Positions 18,015-27,250 of a stretch of 64,000 bases of DNA are shown here, one piece after another. The stretch comes from an uncultured Eubacteriales bacterium (lineage in GTDB: Bacteria; Bacillota; Clostridia; Oscillospirales; CAG-382), in assembly GCA_900548115.1 (NCBI GenBank), contig URJL01000001.1, positions 17,818-81,817 on the forward strand, written 5' to 3'. Each line of letters begins with the position of its first letter. The stretch's first letter is position 1. Position numbers and translations under genes: made by a program. The notes under the pieces were generated by a model that searched no databases, was not told the DNA's origin, and saw nothing but the letters and a program-made list of their open reading frames with translations.

Positions 18015-18734
18015 ATGGATTCGGAAGCGAAAAAGCGGATTTTGATCGTCGAGGACGAAAAATCCATTTCGGAAATACTGGAATATACCATCACCCGCCA
18101 GGGCTATGAGGCGGTTTGCGCTTTTGACGGCGCGACGGCGCTCGAGCTTGCGCTCGAAGGAAATTTCGATCTGATTCTGCTCGACGTCATGCTCCCGCAG
18201 ATGGACGGCTTCGAAGTCTGCCGCCGCGTGCGCGAGGTGCTGGACACGCCGATCATCATGCTGACCGCGCGCGAGGAAGAAAACGATAAGGTTACGGGTC
18301 TGGAGCTCGGCGCGGACGATTACATGACCAAGCCCTTTAGCCACGCGGAGCTTATTTCGCGCATCAAGGCGAATATCCGCCGCTATCACGGCGAGACGCG
18401 CGCCCACGTTTCCTCGGACGAAAAAAGCGATCCGAACGTTCTTCGCATCGGCGCGCTGTCGATCGACACACAGCGCTACAGCGTAAAGAAAAACGGCGCG
18501 GAAATCGCGCTTTCGAAAAAGGAATACGACCTTTTGGAGTTTTTTGCGAAAAACCGCGGAAAGGTCTTTCAGCGTGAGGAAATCATGGAAAAGGTTTGGG
18601 GCTACGACGGCTTTTACGGCGATCTGCGCACCGTCGACGTGACGCTGAGCCGCATCCGCAAAAAGATCGAGGACAACCCCGCAGAGCCGGCTTATATTCA
18701 GAACAAGCGCGGCGTCGGCTATTTTATGCCGTAA
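18015..18734 (+). CDS. OmpR-family response regulator (WalR/PhoP-like)
   Basis: Receiver domain (ILIVEDE...LILLDVMLPQMDG...TAR...DDYMTKPF) plus a winged-helix C-terminus (TVDVTLSRIRKKIE...RGVGY). ATG at 18015 after AAGGAG. Confidence 0.9.
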   Translation: MDSEAKKRILIVEDEKSISEILEYTITRQGYEAVCAFDGATALELALEGNFDLILLDVMLPQMDGFEVCRRVREVLDTPIIMLTAREEENDKVTGLELGADDYMTKPFSHAELISRIKANIRRYHGETRAHVSSDEKSDPNVLRIGALSIDTQRYSVKKNGAEIALSKKEYDLLEFFAKNRGKVFQREEIMEKVWGYDGFYGDLRTVDVTLSRIRKKIEDNPAEPAYIQNKRGVGYFMP

Positions 18735-18752
18735 AGCGGGAAGGAAAAGGAT

Positions 18753-20558
18753 ATGTTCAGAAGTCTTAACGTAAAGCTGGTCCTTACCTTCATCGTGATC
18801 ATCGTCTCGGTCATGTCGGTGGTGGGCGTTTTTCTTCTCAACAACGTCAACACCTTTTATGCCGACGACTTTTTAAAGCAGATGAACGAGGGCTTTTCCG
18901 ACCGCGTGGTGAGCCGCCTTGCCGACTGCTTCGGGCAGGAGGACAGCGCCTCGGCACAGCGGGATATCCTGATCGCCTATTCGGGCAATTTCAGCTTTGA
19001 CAACTACCGTAATTTTTACATCTTGGACATGGACGGCAACATTCTCGAAAGCTCCGCCGCCGATACGGTCAAGCTTCCGAAGACCCACAATCTTCTTTGC
19101 GCCATGAACCGCAAAAACGGCGAAAACAACGTGTCGGGCACGGGCTTTTTCGACTATGCTTACTACATTTCATCGGAAAACGGCGAGGGGATCGTTTACA
19201 TATACGACGATCTCACCCGCATGAAATCGCTTATGTGGGTGCTGTTTGCCATCATTTTGCAGGCGCTGTTCATCGGGCTTGCCATCGCGCTGTTTTTGTG
19301 CTTTTTCTTAACGCGCGCCATCACCTCACCGATTCAGAAGCTGACGGCGGGCGCCAAGACCATCGCCTCGGGCGAATACGATTACCGCATCGACAACCCG
19401 TCGCACGACGAGATCGGCGAGCTTACGCAAAACTTCAACAAAATGGCGGGCAAGATCGAGAGCACCGTCGCGCAGGTCTCGGGCGAGCGCGAAAAGCTGA
19501 CGCTGATTTTCGGGCGGCTTAAAGACGGCGTTGCGGCGTTTGACGAAAACGGCGTCATGCTGCACATCAATCCGTCGGCGTACCGTCTGCTCGGGCTTTC
19601 CGACGAACCGGATCTTTCCTTCGACCGCTTTACCGAAAAGCTGGGCATGCCCGAGATCACCGCGTCGATACTCGGTTCGAGCGCCGTTATCAACATCGCG
19701 CAGTATACCCTTCGCCGTCCGAACGCCGAAAACCGCATTCTGGACGTGAGTTTTAACGTTTTCCCCTACGACAAGGACAAAAACGGCTATCTGGTCGTGC
19801 TTCAGGACATTACCGAACGGGCGCTTCTCGAAAAGAGCCGTCAGGAATTCATCGCCAACGTATCGCATGAGCTGCGCACGCCGCTGACCAGTATCAAGGG
19901 CGCGACCGAGATCGTCTTGGAGGACGAGGAAATGCCCGAGGAAATGCGCAAGCGTTTTCTCTCGATCGTTATGAACGAAAGCGACCGTATGACCCGCATC
20001 GTAAAAGACCTTTTGGTGCTTTCGCGTCTTGAAAACCGCCGTATGTCGTGGAAGCTTTCGCGTTTTCGCATTTACGATATGCTCGAAACGGTCTGCGAGG
20101 CACTGCAAAGCGAGGCGGCGGAGCACAGCCATACACTCGCTTTTCATGCCGATCCCGAAAAGACCGATATCATCGCCGCCGACAAGGAGCGCCTTGAACA
20201 GGTCGCTACGAACTTGATCGGAAATTCCATCAAATATACGCCGAACGGCGGCAAAATCGATGTTTTTCTCTCCCCGACCGACGAGACCGACGGAACGCGG
20301 AAATATGCCTATAAGATCGAGGTGCGCGACAACGGCATCGGCATTCCCGAGGAGAACATCCCGCATCTGTTCGAGCGTTTTTACCGCGTGGACAAAGCGC
20401 GCAACTCGGACGTCGGCGGAACGGGACTGGGGCTTTCGATCGCCAAGGAGATCGTCGACGCGCATCACGGCAAGATCTGTGTGACCAGCGGCAAGGGCAA
20501 GGGAACGACCGTAACGGTTCTTTTGCCGCGCGAGACCGCCGTCTGCGAAGAGGATTAA
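18753..20558 (+). CDS. Membrane sensor histidine kinase (2 TM, HAMP, PAS-like, HisKA, HATPase_c)
   Basis: H-box SHELRTPLTSI, N-box GNSIKYTPNGG, G-boxes RDNGIGIP and GGTGLGLSIAKEIV. Lies 18 nt after the regulator gene. Confidence 0.9.
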   Translation: MFRSLNVKLVLTFIVIIVSVMSVVGVFLLNNVNTFYADDFLKQMNEGFSDRVVSRLADCFGQEDSASAQRDILIAYSGNFSFDNYRNFYILDMDGNILESSAADTVKLPKTHNLLCAMNRKNGENNVSGTGFFDYAYYISSENGEGIVYIYDDLTRMKSLMWVLFAIILQALFIGLAIALFLCFFLTRAITSPIQKLTAGAKTIASGEYDYRIDNPSHDEIGELTQNFNKMAGKIESTVAQVSGEREKLTLIFGRLKDGVAAFDENGVMLHINPSAYRLLGLSDEPDLSFDRFTEKLGMPEITASILGSSAVINIAQYTLRRPNAENRILDVSFNVFPYDKDKNGYLVVLQDITERALLEKSRQEFIANVSHELRTPLTSIKGATEIVLEDEEMPEEMRKRFLSIVMNESDRMTRIVKDLLVLSRLENRRMSWKLSRFRIYDMLETVCEALQSEAAEHSHTLAFHADPEKTDIIAADKERLEQVATNLIGNSIKYTPNGGKIDVFLSPTDETDGTRKYAYKIEVRDNGIGIPEENIPHLFERFYRVDKARNSDVGGTGLGLSIAKEIVDAHHGKICVTSGKGKGTTVTVLLPRETAVCEED

Positions 20559-20608
20559 GGTGCGGCGGACGGTTTACACTTTCGAAATAAAACTTGCGCC
20601 ATCCGTGC

Positions 20609-20634
20609 GCTTTTGCCCGCATACGGGCAAAAGC
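20609..20634. other. 11-bp perfect stem-loop between the kinase gene and the next promoter (terminator-like, no clear U-tract)
   Basis: GCTTTTGCCCG-CATA-CGGGCAAAAGC. Confidence 0.5.
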
Positions 20635-20635
20635 A

Positions 20636-20664
20636 TTGACACGGGCTTTGCGCTGTAGTACAAT
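20636..20664 (+). promoter_or_regulatory. Sigma-70-type promoter (-35 TTGACA, 17 nt spacer, -10 TACAAT) for the DnaI-like gene
   Basis: TTGACACGGGCTTTGCGCTGTAGTACAAT. It leaves only about 10-15 nt of leader before the GTG at 20679. Confidence 0.55.
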
Positions 20665-20678
20665 GTGGAAAGGGTAAG

Positions 20679-21662
20679 GTGAGAAATATTTCTTACTCGA
20701 TTGAAGTTCAAAAAAGGGTAAAAGAAGCCTTTGACGAAAAGCGCAAACGCGCCTTTGACGAAGCGGAGACCCGCAAAGCGGAGGTTTATATCTCGGTGCC
20801 GGGAATCCGAAAGATTGACGAGGCGCTGTCGCAAACGGGGCTGAAGGTCTATTCCGAAGCGCTCAGGAAAAACGCGCAGACGCCGCTGGAGGCGCGCATC
20901 GCGCGGCTTCGCGAGGAAAACCGCGAGCTGCAGAGTGCGCGCGCCGAAATCTTGCGCGAGGCGGGCTTTCCGCCCGATTACACGAAGCCGCGCTTTGAAT
21001 GTGAAAAATGCAAGGACACGGGCTATGTAGGTCTTGCGCCCTGCTCCTGCCGTCTTGCGGCGCTGCGGCGCGAATCCTACAAAAGCTCGGGACTGGGCGC
21101 GATTCTGACCGACCAGTCGTTTGACAATTTTTCGCTTGCGCTGTACCCCGAAAAGGACCGCGCCATGATGCGCTTTATCCTGTCGGAGGCAAAGAGCTTT
21201 GCCGAGCATTTCGGAGACGAAAACCGTGTGCGGAATATGCTGTTCTTCGGCGGAACGGGACTGGGAAAGACCCATCTTTCGACCGCAATTGCCAAAACCG
21301 TCATCGACCGCGGTTACGACGTCGTGTACGATTCCGCGCTGAATCTTATGCACGCCTTCGAAAAAGAGCGCTTTTCCAAAGTCGAAGCGCCCTCCACCGA
21401 CCGCTATTTCGAATGCGATCTTCTGATCATCGACGATCTGGGCGCGGAATTTATGAGCTCCTTTACGCACTCCACCCTTTACAATCTTCTCAACACCCGC
21501 GTTTACGGAGGCAAGGGCATGCTGATCAGCACCAATCTTTCGAGCGCGGCAGAGCTTCAAAAGACCTATGACGAGCGGATCGTTTCGCGTCTTGTGGGCG
21601 AATTCAAGTCCTACTGCTTTGTCGGAGAGGACATTCGGTTAAAGACGCGGCGCGGATCGTAA
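20679..21662 (+). CDS. DnaI/DnaC-like helicase-loader AAA+ ATPase with an internal Zn-ribbon
   Basis: Walker A GGTGLGKTHL, Walker B LLIIDDLGAE, and the cysteine cluster CEKCKDTGYV...CSC upstream of the ATPase core. Confidence 0.8.
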   Translation: MRNISYSIEVQKRVKEAFDEKRKRAFDEAETRKAEVYISVPGIRKIDEALSQTGLKVYSEALRKNAQTPLEARIARLREENRELQSARAEILREAGFPPDYTKPRFECEKCKDTGYVGLAPCSCRLAALRRESYKSSGLGAILTDQSFDNFSLALYPEKDRAMMRFILSEAKSFAEHFGDENRVRNMLFFGGTGLGKTHLSTAIAKTVIDRGYDVVYDSALNLMHAFEKERFSKVEAPSTDRYFECDLLIIDDLGAEFMSSFTHSTLYNLLNTRVYGGKGMLISTNLSSAAELQKTYDERIVSRLVGEFKSYCFVGEDIRLKTRRGS

Positions 21663-21711
21663 ATTTCTCACCGAATTTACACTTTCATTTTTACGCTAAG
21701 GAGAAAACAAC

Positions 21712-22758
21712 ATGAAAATGTCCTTTCGCTGGTACGGGGAAAACGACCCCGTGACCCTCCGCGACATTTCCCAGATTCCCGCCATGCGAAGCGTGGTTTC
21801 GGCGGTCTATTCGGTGCCGGTCGGCGAGGTTTGGGAACCGTCCGAGATCGAAAAGATCAAGAGCGCCTGCGAAGCGCACGGTCTTATTTTCGACATCGTC
21901 GAAAGCGTTCCCGTCCATGAGGATATCAAGCTCGGAAAACCGTCGCGCGATCATTACATCGACGTATACAAGCAAAACATCCGCAATCTTGCCGCCGCGG
22001 GCGTCAAGGTGATCTGCTACAACTTCATGCCGGTGTTCGACTGGCTCCGCTCGGATCTTTCGCACGTCAACGCCGACGGCTCGACCTCGCTCGTTTACCG
22101 CGATAAAACGGTCCTCGGAATGGATCCCCGCAAGGGCGACCTTTCGCTCCCCGGCTGGGATTCGAGTTATACCAAAGAAGGACTCGGCGCACTGCTTACC
22201 GAATATAAGGCAGTCGACGAAGAAAAGTTGTGGGAAAATCTTTCGTATTTTCTTCACGGTATCCTTCCCACCTGCGAGGAATGCGACGTCAAAATGGCGA
22301 TCCACCCCGACGATCCGCCGTGGGGCATCTTCGGGCTTCCCCGCATTATTACCGACGAGAAGAACCTCGACCGTTTTCTTTCGCTGTACGATTCGCCGTA
22401 CAACGGACTTACCTTCTGCACGGGTTCGCTCGGCGTAAATCCGAAAAACGATATCCCCGCCATGGTGCGCAAATATTCCGCCATGGATCGCATCCCCTTT
22501 ATGCACATCCGCAACATAAGGCGCGTCGGCGAGCGCGATTTCGACGAGACGGCGCACAAGACCGAATACGGCTCGCTCGATATTTACGCCATTGTCAAAG
22601 CGCTGGTCGAGACCGGCTTTGACGGCTATATCCGTCCCGACCACGGACGCATGATCTGGGGCGAAACGGGAAGACCCGGTTACGGTCTTTATGACCGTGC
22701 GCTCGGCGCGGTCTATATCAACGGTCTTTGGGAAGCCATCGAAAAGGACAGAGCATAA
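21712..22758 (+). CDS. uxuA: Mannonate dehydratase
   Basis: The N-terminus [23 protein letters not shown] is the UxuA signature start. 348 aa. Confidence 0.9.
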   Translation: MKMSFRWYGENDPVTLRDISQIPAMRSVVSAVYSVPVGEVWEPSEIEKIKSACEAHGLIFDIVESVPVHEDIKLGKPSRDHYIDVYKQNIRNLAAAGVKVICYNFMPVFDWLRSDLSHVNADGSTSLVYRDKTVLGMDPRKGDLSLPGWDSSYTKEGLGALLTEYKAVDEEKLWENLSYFLHGILPTCEECDVKMAIHPDDPPWGIFGLPRIITDEKNLDRFLSLYDSPYNGLTFCTGSLGVNPKNDIPAMVRKYSAMDRIPFMHIRNIRRVGERDFDETAHKTEYGSLDIYAIVKALVETGFDGYIRPDHGRMIWGETGRPGYGLYDRALGAVYINGLWEAIEKDRA

Positions 22759-22761
22759 AGC

Positions 22762-23118
22762 ATGACCGAAACAAAACGCTTTTCCAAAAACGACAGCGGA
22801 TTTGTCTGTCAAAACTGCGGTTTTGCGGTTTTGCCGCTCGGCAAGACCAGCCGCAACCATTGCCCCCGCTGTCTTTGCTCGCTTCATGTCGACATAAATC
22901 CCGGCGACCGCGCGTCGGACTGCGGCGGACTGTTGATCCCCGTTTCCGCACGTCCCGACCCGAAAAAAGGCTATGTTATCACGTGCCGCTGTCAAAAATG
23001 CGGCGCGCTGCGCAACAATCGCGCCGCACTGAAAAACGGCGCACACGACACACTGCCCGACGATCAGTATGACGATGAGAATTTTCTCATTCGGCTGACG
23101 GTGGCACGCGACGGATAA
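22762..23118 (+). CDS. RNHCP-domain zinc-ribbon protein
   Basis: The literal RNHCP motif is present (TSRNHCPRCLCSLH) together with CQNCG and CRCQKCG pairs. The start is 3 nt after the uxuA stop. Confidence 0.7.
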   Translation: MTETKRFSKNDSGFVCQNCGFAVLPLGKTSRNHCPRCLCSLHVDINPGDRASDCGGLLIPVSARPDPKKGYVITCRCQKCGALRNNRAALKNGAHDTLPDDQYDDENFLIRLTVARDG

Positions 23119-23125
23119 TAAAAAA

Positions 23126-23166
23126 ACTCGGCAAGTCCTCCCGTTTCGGCTTGCCGAGTTTTTTTG
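23126..23166 (+). terminator. Rho-independent terminator after the RNHCP gene
   Basis: Stem ACTCGGCAAG / CTTGCCGAGT followed by TTTTTTT. Confidence 0.75.
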
Positions 23167-23226
23167 CCGTTTTTCGATTTCCGAAAATACTTTTTCCCCG
23201 CCGCCGCGAAAAAACGCTTCGCACGA

Positions 23227-23255
23227 TTGACAAAATCCGACTTTTTTTGTATAAT
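23227..23255 (+). promoter_or_regulatory. Consensus sigma-70 promoter (-35 TTGACA, 17 nt spacer, -10 TATAAT)
   Basis: TTGACAAAATCCGACTTTTTTTGTATAAT upstream of the exonuclease gene. Confidence 0.65.
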
Positions 23256-23279
23256 AGAAAAGATAGGGGGCGATCGGGC

Positions 23280-23858
23280 TTGATAAAGCGCTATGTGGCG
23301 TTCGATGTCGAAACGCCGAACCACGAAAACAACCGCATGTGCGCTTTGGGCGTTACGGTCGTCGACAACGGGGAAATCGTGCGGCGTTTTTCGACGCTCA
23401 TCGACCCCGGTACGTATTTTGATCCCTTCAACATGCAGCTTTGCGGGATACGCCCGCAGGATACGGCACGTGCGCCGGGCTTTTCCGAGCTTTGGGAAAA
23501 GATCGGTCCGCTGTTCTGCGGCGGTGCGACCCTGGCGGCGCACAACGCGCCCTTTGACATGGCGGTGCTTGCCAAATGCCTTTCCGCTTACCGTATCCCC
23601 TGCCCCCGTGTGCTTCCGTATGTCTGCACCTGCCGCCTTGCGCGAAAGGCATTTCCGGATTTTCCGAATCATAAGCTGGATACGGTCTGCCGCATGCTTT
23701 CGATCGATCTTGATCATCACAAGGCGGGAAGCGACAGTTACGCCTGTGCGGAGATTTTGTGCGCCCTTTTAAGGCGCGGAATGCCGATCGAAGAGCACAT
23801 TCGCGAATACGATCTTTTGGACATGCGAACACGCACGGCGCGCAATTCAAAATTCTGA
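23280..23858 (+). CDS. DEDDh 3'-5' exonuclease (DnaQ/epsilon-like)
   Basis: ExoI FDVET, ExoII AHNAPFDMAVL, ExoIII HHKAGSDSYA. There is no in-frame ATG near the domain start, so I propose TTG at 23280 after a GGGGG RBS. The start is uncertain. Confidence 0.75.
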   Translation: MIKRYVAFDVETPNHENNRMCALGVTVVDNGEIVRRFSTLIDPGTYFDPFNMQLCGIRPQDTARAPGFSELWEKIGPLFCGGATLAAHNAPFDMAVLAKCLSAYRIPCPRVLPYVCTCRLARKAFPDFPNHKLDTVCRMLSIDLDHHKAGSDSYACAEILCALLRRGMPIEEHIREYDLLDMRTRTARNSKF

Positions 23859-23872
23859 AAGGAATTCGAAAA

Positions 23873-24769
23873 ATGGAACAGTATGTTGTTTTATTCAATC
23901 CGTATGCCGGAAACGGAAACGGCGAAGCCGAAGCAAAGCATCTTTCGACGCTCTTTCCCGACGCCGCGCTCCGCTTTGTCCGCATGACCGACATTGACGA
24001 TTACAAAGACGTGTTTTCCTCCCTTGCCGACGGAGAAAAGATCATTCTCTGCGGCGGCGACGGAACCCTGAACCGCTTTATCAACGACACCGAATCTCTC
24101 ATACTTCCGTCGGATATTCTGTATTACGGCGTGGGCAGCGGAAACGATTTTCTGCACGACCTCGGAAAGAAAAAAGGCGCCGCGCCTTTTTGCATTGACG
24201 ATTACATAAAGGATCTTCCGATCGTCACGGTCAAGGGCAAAAATTACCGTTTCTTAAACGGGATCGGCTACGGCATCGACGGCTATTGCTGCGAAGAGGG
24301 CGACCGTCTGCGCGCCGTGACCGAAAAGCCGATCAATTATACCAAAATCGCCATCAAAGGACTTTTGTGGAAATATCATCCGACCGGCGCGCGCGTCACG
24401 GTGGACGGTGTGACCAAGGAATATAAAAAGGTCTGGCTTGCCCCCTGCATGAACGGTCAGTTCTACGGCGGCGGCATGATGCCGACTCCCGGTCAGAATC
24501 GTCTGAGCACCGACCGCTCCCTTTCGGTTCTTGTCATGTACGGCACGGGAAAGCTGCGCAGCCTTATGATCTTCCCGTCGATCTTCAAAGGCGAGCATAT
24601 TAAATATACCCGTTTTGTCGAGGTTCGCTCGGGACACGCGGTTGAGGTGGAATTTGACCGTCCCGTGGCGCTTCAGGTCGACGGTGAAACGATCCTCGGT
24701 GTAAGCGGTTATCGCGCCGCCCCCGCCGGAAGCGTTCTTTCCGAAAAAAAGAGCGCCGTCGTTTCGTAA
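23873..24769 (+). CDS. Diacylglycerol/lipid kinase family protein (YegS/DagK-like)
   Basis: N-terminus VVLFNPYAGNG and the catalytic-domain motif ILCGGDGTLN. Confidence 0.85.
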   Translation: MEQYVVLFNPYAGNGNGEAEAKHLSTLFPDAALRFVRMTDIDDYKDVFSSLADGEKIILCGGDGTLNRFINDTESLILPSDILYYGVGSGNDFLHDLGKKKGAAPFCIDDYIKDLPIVTVKGKNYRFLNGIGYGIDGYCCEEGDRLRAVTEKPINYTKIAIKGLLWKYHPTGARVTVDGVTKEYKKVWLAPCMNGQFYGGGMMPTPGQNRLSTDRSLSVLVMYGTGKLRSLMIFPSIFKGEHIKYTRFVEVRSGHAVEVEFDRPVALQVDGETILGVSGYRAAPAGSVLSEKKSAVVS

Positions 24770-24813
24770 ATCGACCCGTGTGCAAAAATTTCTTCCGAAC
24801 AAATAAACATCCC

Positions 24814-24845
24814 GTGCCGAGAGAAAGCTCTCGGCACTTTTTTCT
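24814..24845 (+). terminator. Rho-independent terminator after the lipid kinase gene
   Basis: Stem GTGCCGAGAG / CTCTCGGCAC with an AAAG loop, then TTTTTTC. Confidence 0.8.
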
Positions 24846-24991
24846 TAACCGTTTCGGAAAAATGACCGTTATATTCCTTTTTTCGGACGAAAAATTCATA
24901 TTTTTTTGCTATACTGGTAAATGGAAAAGTTTTCCGATTTTTCAGAAAAAACACGAACCGTAATAAAAAGCTTTGAACGAAAGGAGTCACC

Positions 24992-25660
24992 ATGGCTACC
25001 ATACCGCATTATAACGGAACCCTGCGCAGTCACCTGATCAACGTTCCCGAATGCATTCATTCCTGCTCCGGGATCCGCATTTTCGGACGGAGAATCCGTT
25101 CGATCGTGTTTTCGACCGACGTCGCCATCATTAAAAACATCAATTCCGACGCCATCATCGCCGTCTATCCCTTCACACCGCAGCCCTCCATATCGCAGGC
25201 GATCATCAGCGTTTCCGACGCGCCCGTGTTCGTCGGCGTGGGCGGCGGTCTTACGGCGGGCGACCGTTCGGTGCGCCTTGCCGTCGAAGCCGAAAACCAG
25301 GGGGCGTTCGGCGTTGTGGTCAACGCGCCGATCGACCCGAAGGTCATTTCGAACATCAAAGAATGCGTCGACATTCCCGTCATTGCGACGATCGTGTCGG
25401 AAAAGCAGGATATCGAAGAGCGGCTGCGTGCGGGTGCGGACATTCTGAATGTCTCGGCGGCGTCCCGCACGCCCGAAATCGTCGCGCACATTCGCGCGCT
25501 GTATCCGAAAATTCCGATTATCGCGACCGGCGGACCGACCGACGAATCGATCCTAAAGACCATTCACGCGGGCGCCAATTCCATCACCTACACCCCGCCC
25601 ACCAACGGCGAGCTGTTTGCCATCTCCATGAATAAGTATCGCGGTACCTACGTTGAATAA
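24992..25660 (+). CDS. Conserved hypothetical protein, probable (beta/alpha)8 barrel with phosphate-binding-like glycine motifs
   Basis: 222 aa, good AAAGGAG RBS. Alternating beta-strand/helix pattern with VGVGGG and IIATGGP motifs, reminiscent of NanE/ThiE-type phosphate-binding barrels. Function not recognised. Confidence 0.55.
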   Translation: MATIPHYNGTLRSHLINVPECIHSCSGIRIFGRRIRSIVFSTDVAIIKNINSDAIIAVYPFTPQPSISQAIISVSDAPVFVGVGGGLTAGDRSVRLAVEAENQGAFGVVVNAPIDPKVISNIKECVDIPVIATIVSEKQDIEERLRAGADILNVSAASRTPEIVAHIRALYPKIPIIATGGPTDESILKTIHAGANSITYTPPTNGELFAISMNKYRGTYVE

Positions 25661-25717
25661 GCATTTCCGCTTTTTCCCGATTCCTTTTTTCCGTTTTTGT
25701 TATTTTGGGAGGTATGT

Positions 25718-27250
25718 ATGATTCCGATTCTCACGGTCGAAGATATGCGAAAGAGCGACGCGCAGACCATCGCGCGCGGCACCGACTCAAAAGAGCTTAT
25801 GCGCCGCGCGGGCGAAGGTATCTTCCGCGCTTACGATAACTGGGGAAAGACCGCGATCGTCTGCGGCACGGGCAACAACGCGGGCGACGGCTATGTTTTG
25901 GCGCTGTGTCTCGAAAAAGCGGGGCTTTCTCCCGAGCTTTTCCTGCCCGAGGAGCGCTTTTCGCCCGACGGAGCGCATTATTTCGCGCTGTGCCGCAAAA
26001 AAAGAATTCCCGTTCACATCGGGTATCCCTTTGATTTTGCCCGTTTTTCGACGATTGCCGACTGCCTTTTCGGCACGGGATTCCGCGGCGAGCCGAAAGG
26101 AATCTTCGCCGACTGCATCGACGCGGTCAACGCTTCGGGGAAGCCCGTCGTTTCGGCGGACATTAACAGCGGTCTTGCGGGGGATTCGGGAACGGGTGAA
26201 AAAAGCGTCATCTCGGCGCTTACCGTTTCGATCGGATTCTATCAGCCCGGGCATTTTCTCGGGCGCGCGAAGGATGTGATCGGGAAAAAGGTCTGCGTCG
26301 ACATCGGAATTTTGCCGTGTGACGGCGCGCAAAAATGCTTTATCGCCGAAAGAAGCGACTTTTCGGCACTTTTCCCGAAACGGGAAAACAATTCGCACAA
26401 GGGAACGTACGGTTATGTCGCGGTCTCGGGCGGCTGTCTTGAATATGCCGGGGCGGTAAAGCTTTCGAATCTTTCGTGCTCGGCGCTTCGGTGCGGCTGC
26501 GGCGTCGTAAAGCTTTGCGCGGCAAGAAGCCTTTATCCCGCCGTGTCGCCGTATCTTTTGGAAAGCACCTACTTCCCGATGCCCGACGACGGCGACGGAC
26601 ACATGCTTTTTTGTCCCGAAAAGCTCGACGCGCTCTTTCACGGAACGCGCGCCCTTGCCTGCGGCATGGGCTGGGGAAACGGCGAGCAAAACGGTGATAT
26701 TCTGCGCTATATTCTGACGCATTACACGGGGCGGCTGATTCTCGACGCCGACGGGCTGAATGTCTTGTCAAGGCTCGGCGCGGAGCTTCTTTCGGAGAAC
26801 GCGTGCGAAAGCGTGACGATAACGCCGCACCCGATGGAGTTTGCCCGCCTTACGGGAAAGAGCATCGCGGAAATTCTTTCCGATCCGATCGCCTGCGCGC
26901 GCGCATTTGCCGCACGGTTTTCGAACGTTACGGTCCTGCTTAAAGGAACGGCGACGGTCGTCACCGACGGGAGCGACGTTATGCTCTCGGACAGCGGCTC
27001 GCCCGGGATGGCGACGGCGGGAAGCGGCGACGTTTTGTCGGGCGTTCTTGCAGGGCTTTTGGGGTATCACAAAGCAAGCGTTTTTTCGATTTGCGGCGGA
27101 GCGTATCTTGCGGGACGTGCGGGCGAGCTTGCCGCAGAAAAGGTCGGCGAGACGTCGCTTATGGCGCACGATACGGCAGACGCCCTTGTCGAAGCGATAA
27201 AAGAAATAACCGACGGCGAAGAGGCGCACGAAGAAAAGAATCATGAATGA
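25718..27250 (+). CDS. nnr: Bifunctional NAD(P)H-hydrate repair enzyme Nnr (epimerase plus ADP-dependent dehydratase)
   Basis: N-terminal YjeF_N motif (GTGNNAGDGYV) and C-terminal carbohydrate-kinase motif (GSPGMATAGSGDVLSG). ATG at 25718 after GGGAGG. Confidence 0.9.
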   Translation: MIPILTVEDMRKSDAQTIARGTDSKELMRRAGEGIFRAYDNWGKTAIVCGTGNNAGDGYVLALCLEKAGLSPELFLPEERFSPDGAHYFALCRKKRIPVHIGYPFDFARFSTIADCLFGTGFRGEPKGIFADCIDAVNASGKPVVSADINSGLAGDSGTGEKSVISALTVSIGFYQPGHFLGRAKDVIGKKVCVDIGILPCDGAQKCFIAERSDFSALFPKRENNSHKGTYGYVAVSGGCLEYAGAVKLSNLSCSALRCGCGVVKLCAARSLYPAVSPYLLESTYFPMPDDGDGHMLFCPEKLDALFHGTRALACGMGWGNGEQNGDILRYILTHYTGRLILDADGLNVLSRLGAELLSENACESVTITPHPMEFARLTGKSIAEILSDPIACARAFAARFSNVTVLLKGTATVVTDGSDVMLSDSGSPGMATAGSGDVLSGVLAGLLGYHKASVFSICGGAYLAGRAGELAAEKVGETSLMAHDTADALVEAIKEITDGEEAHEEKNHE

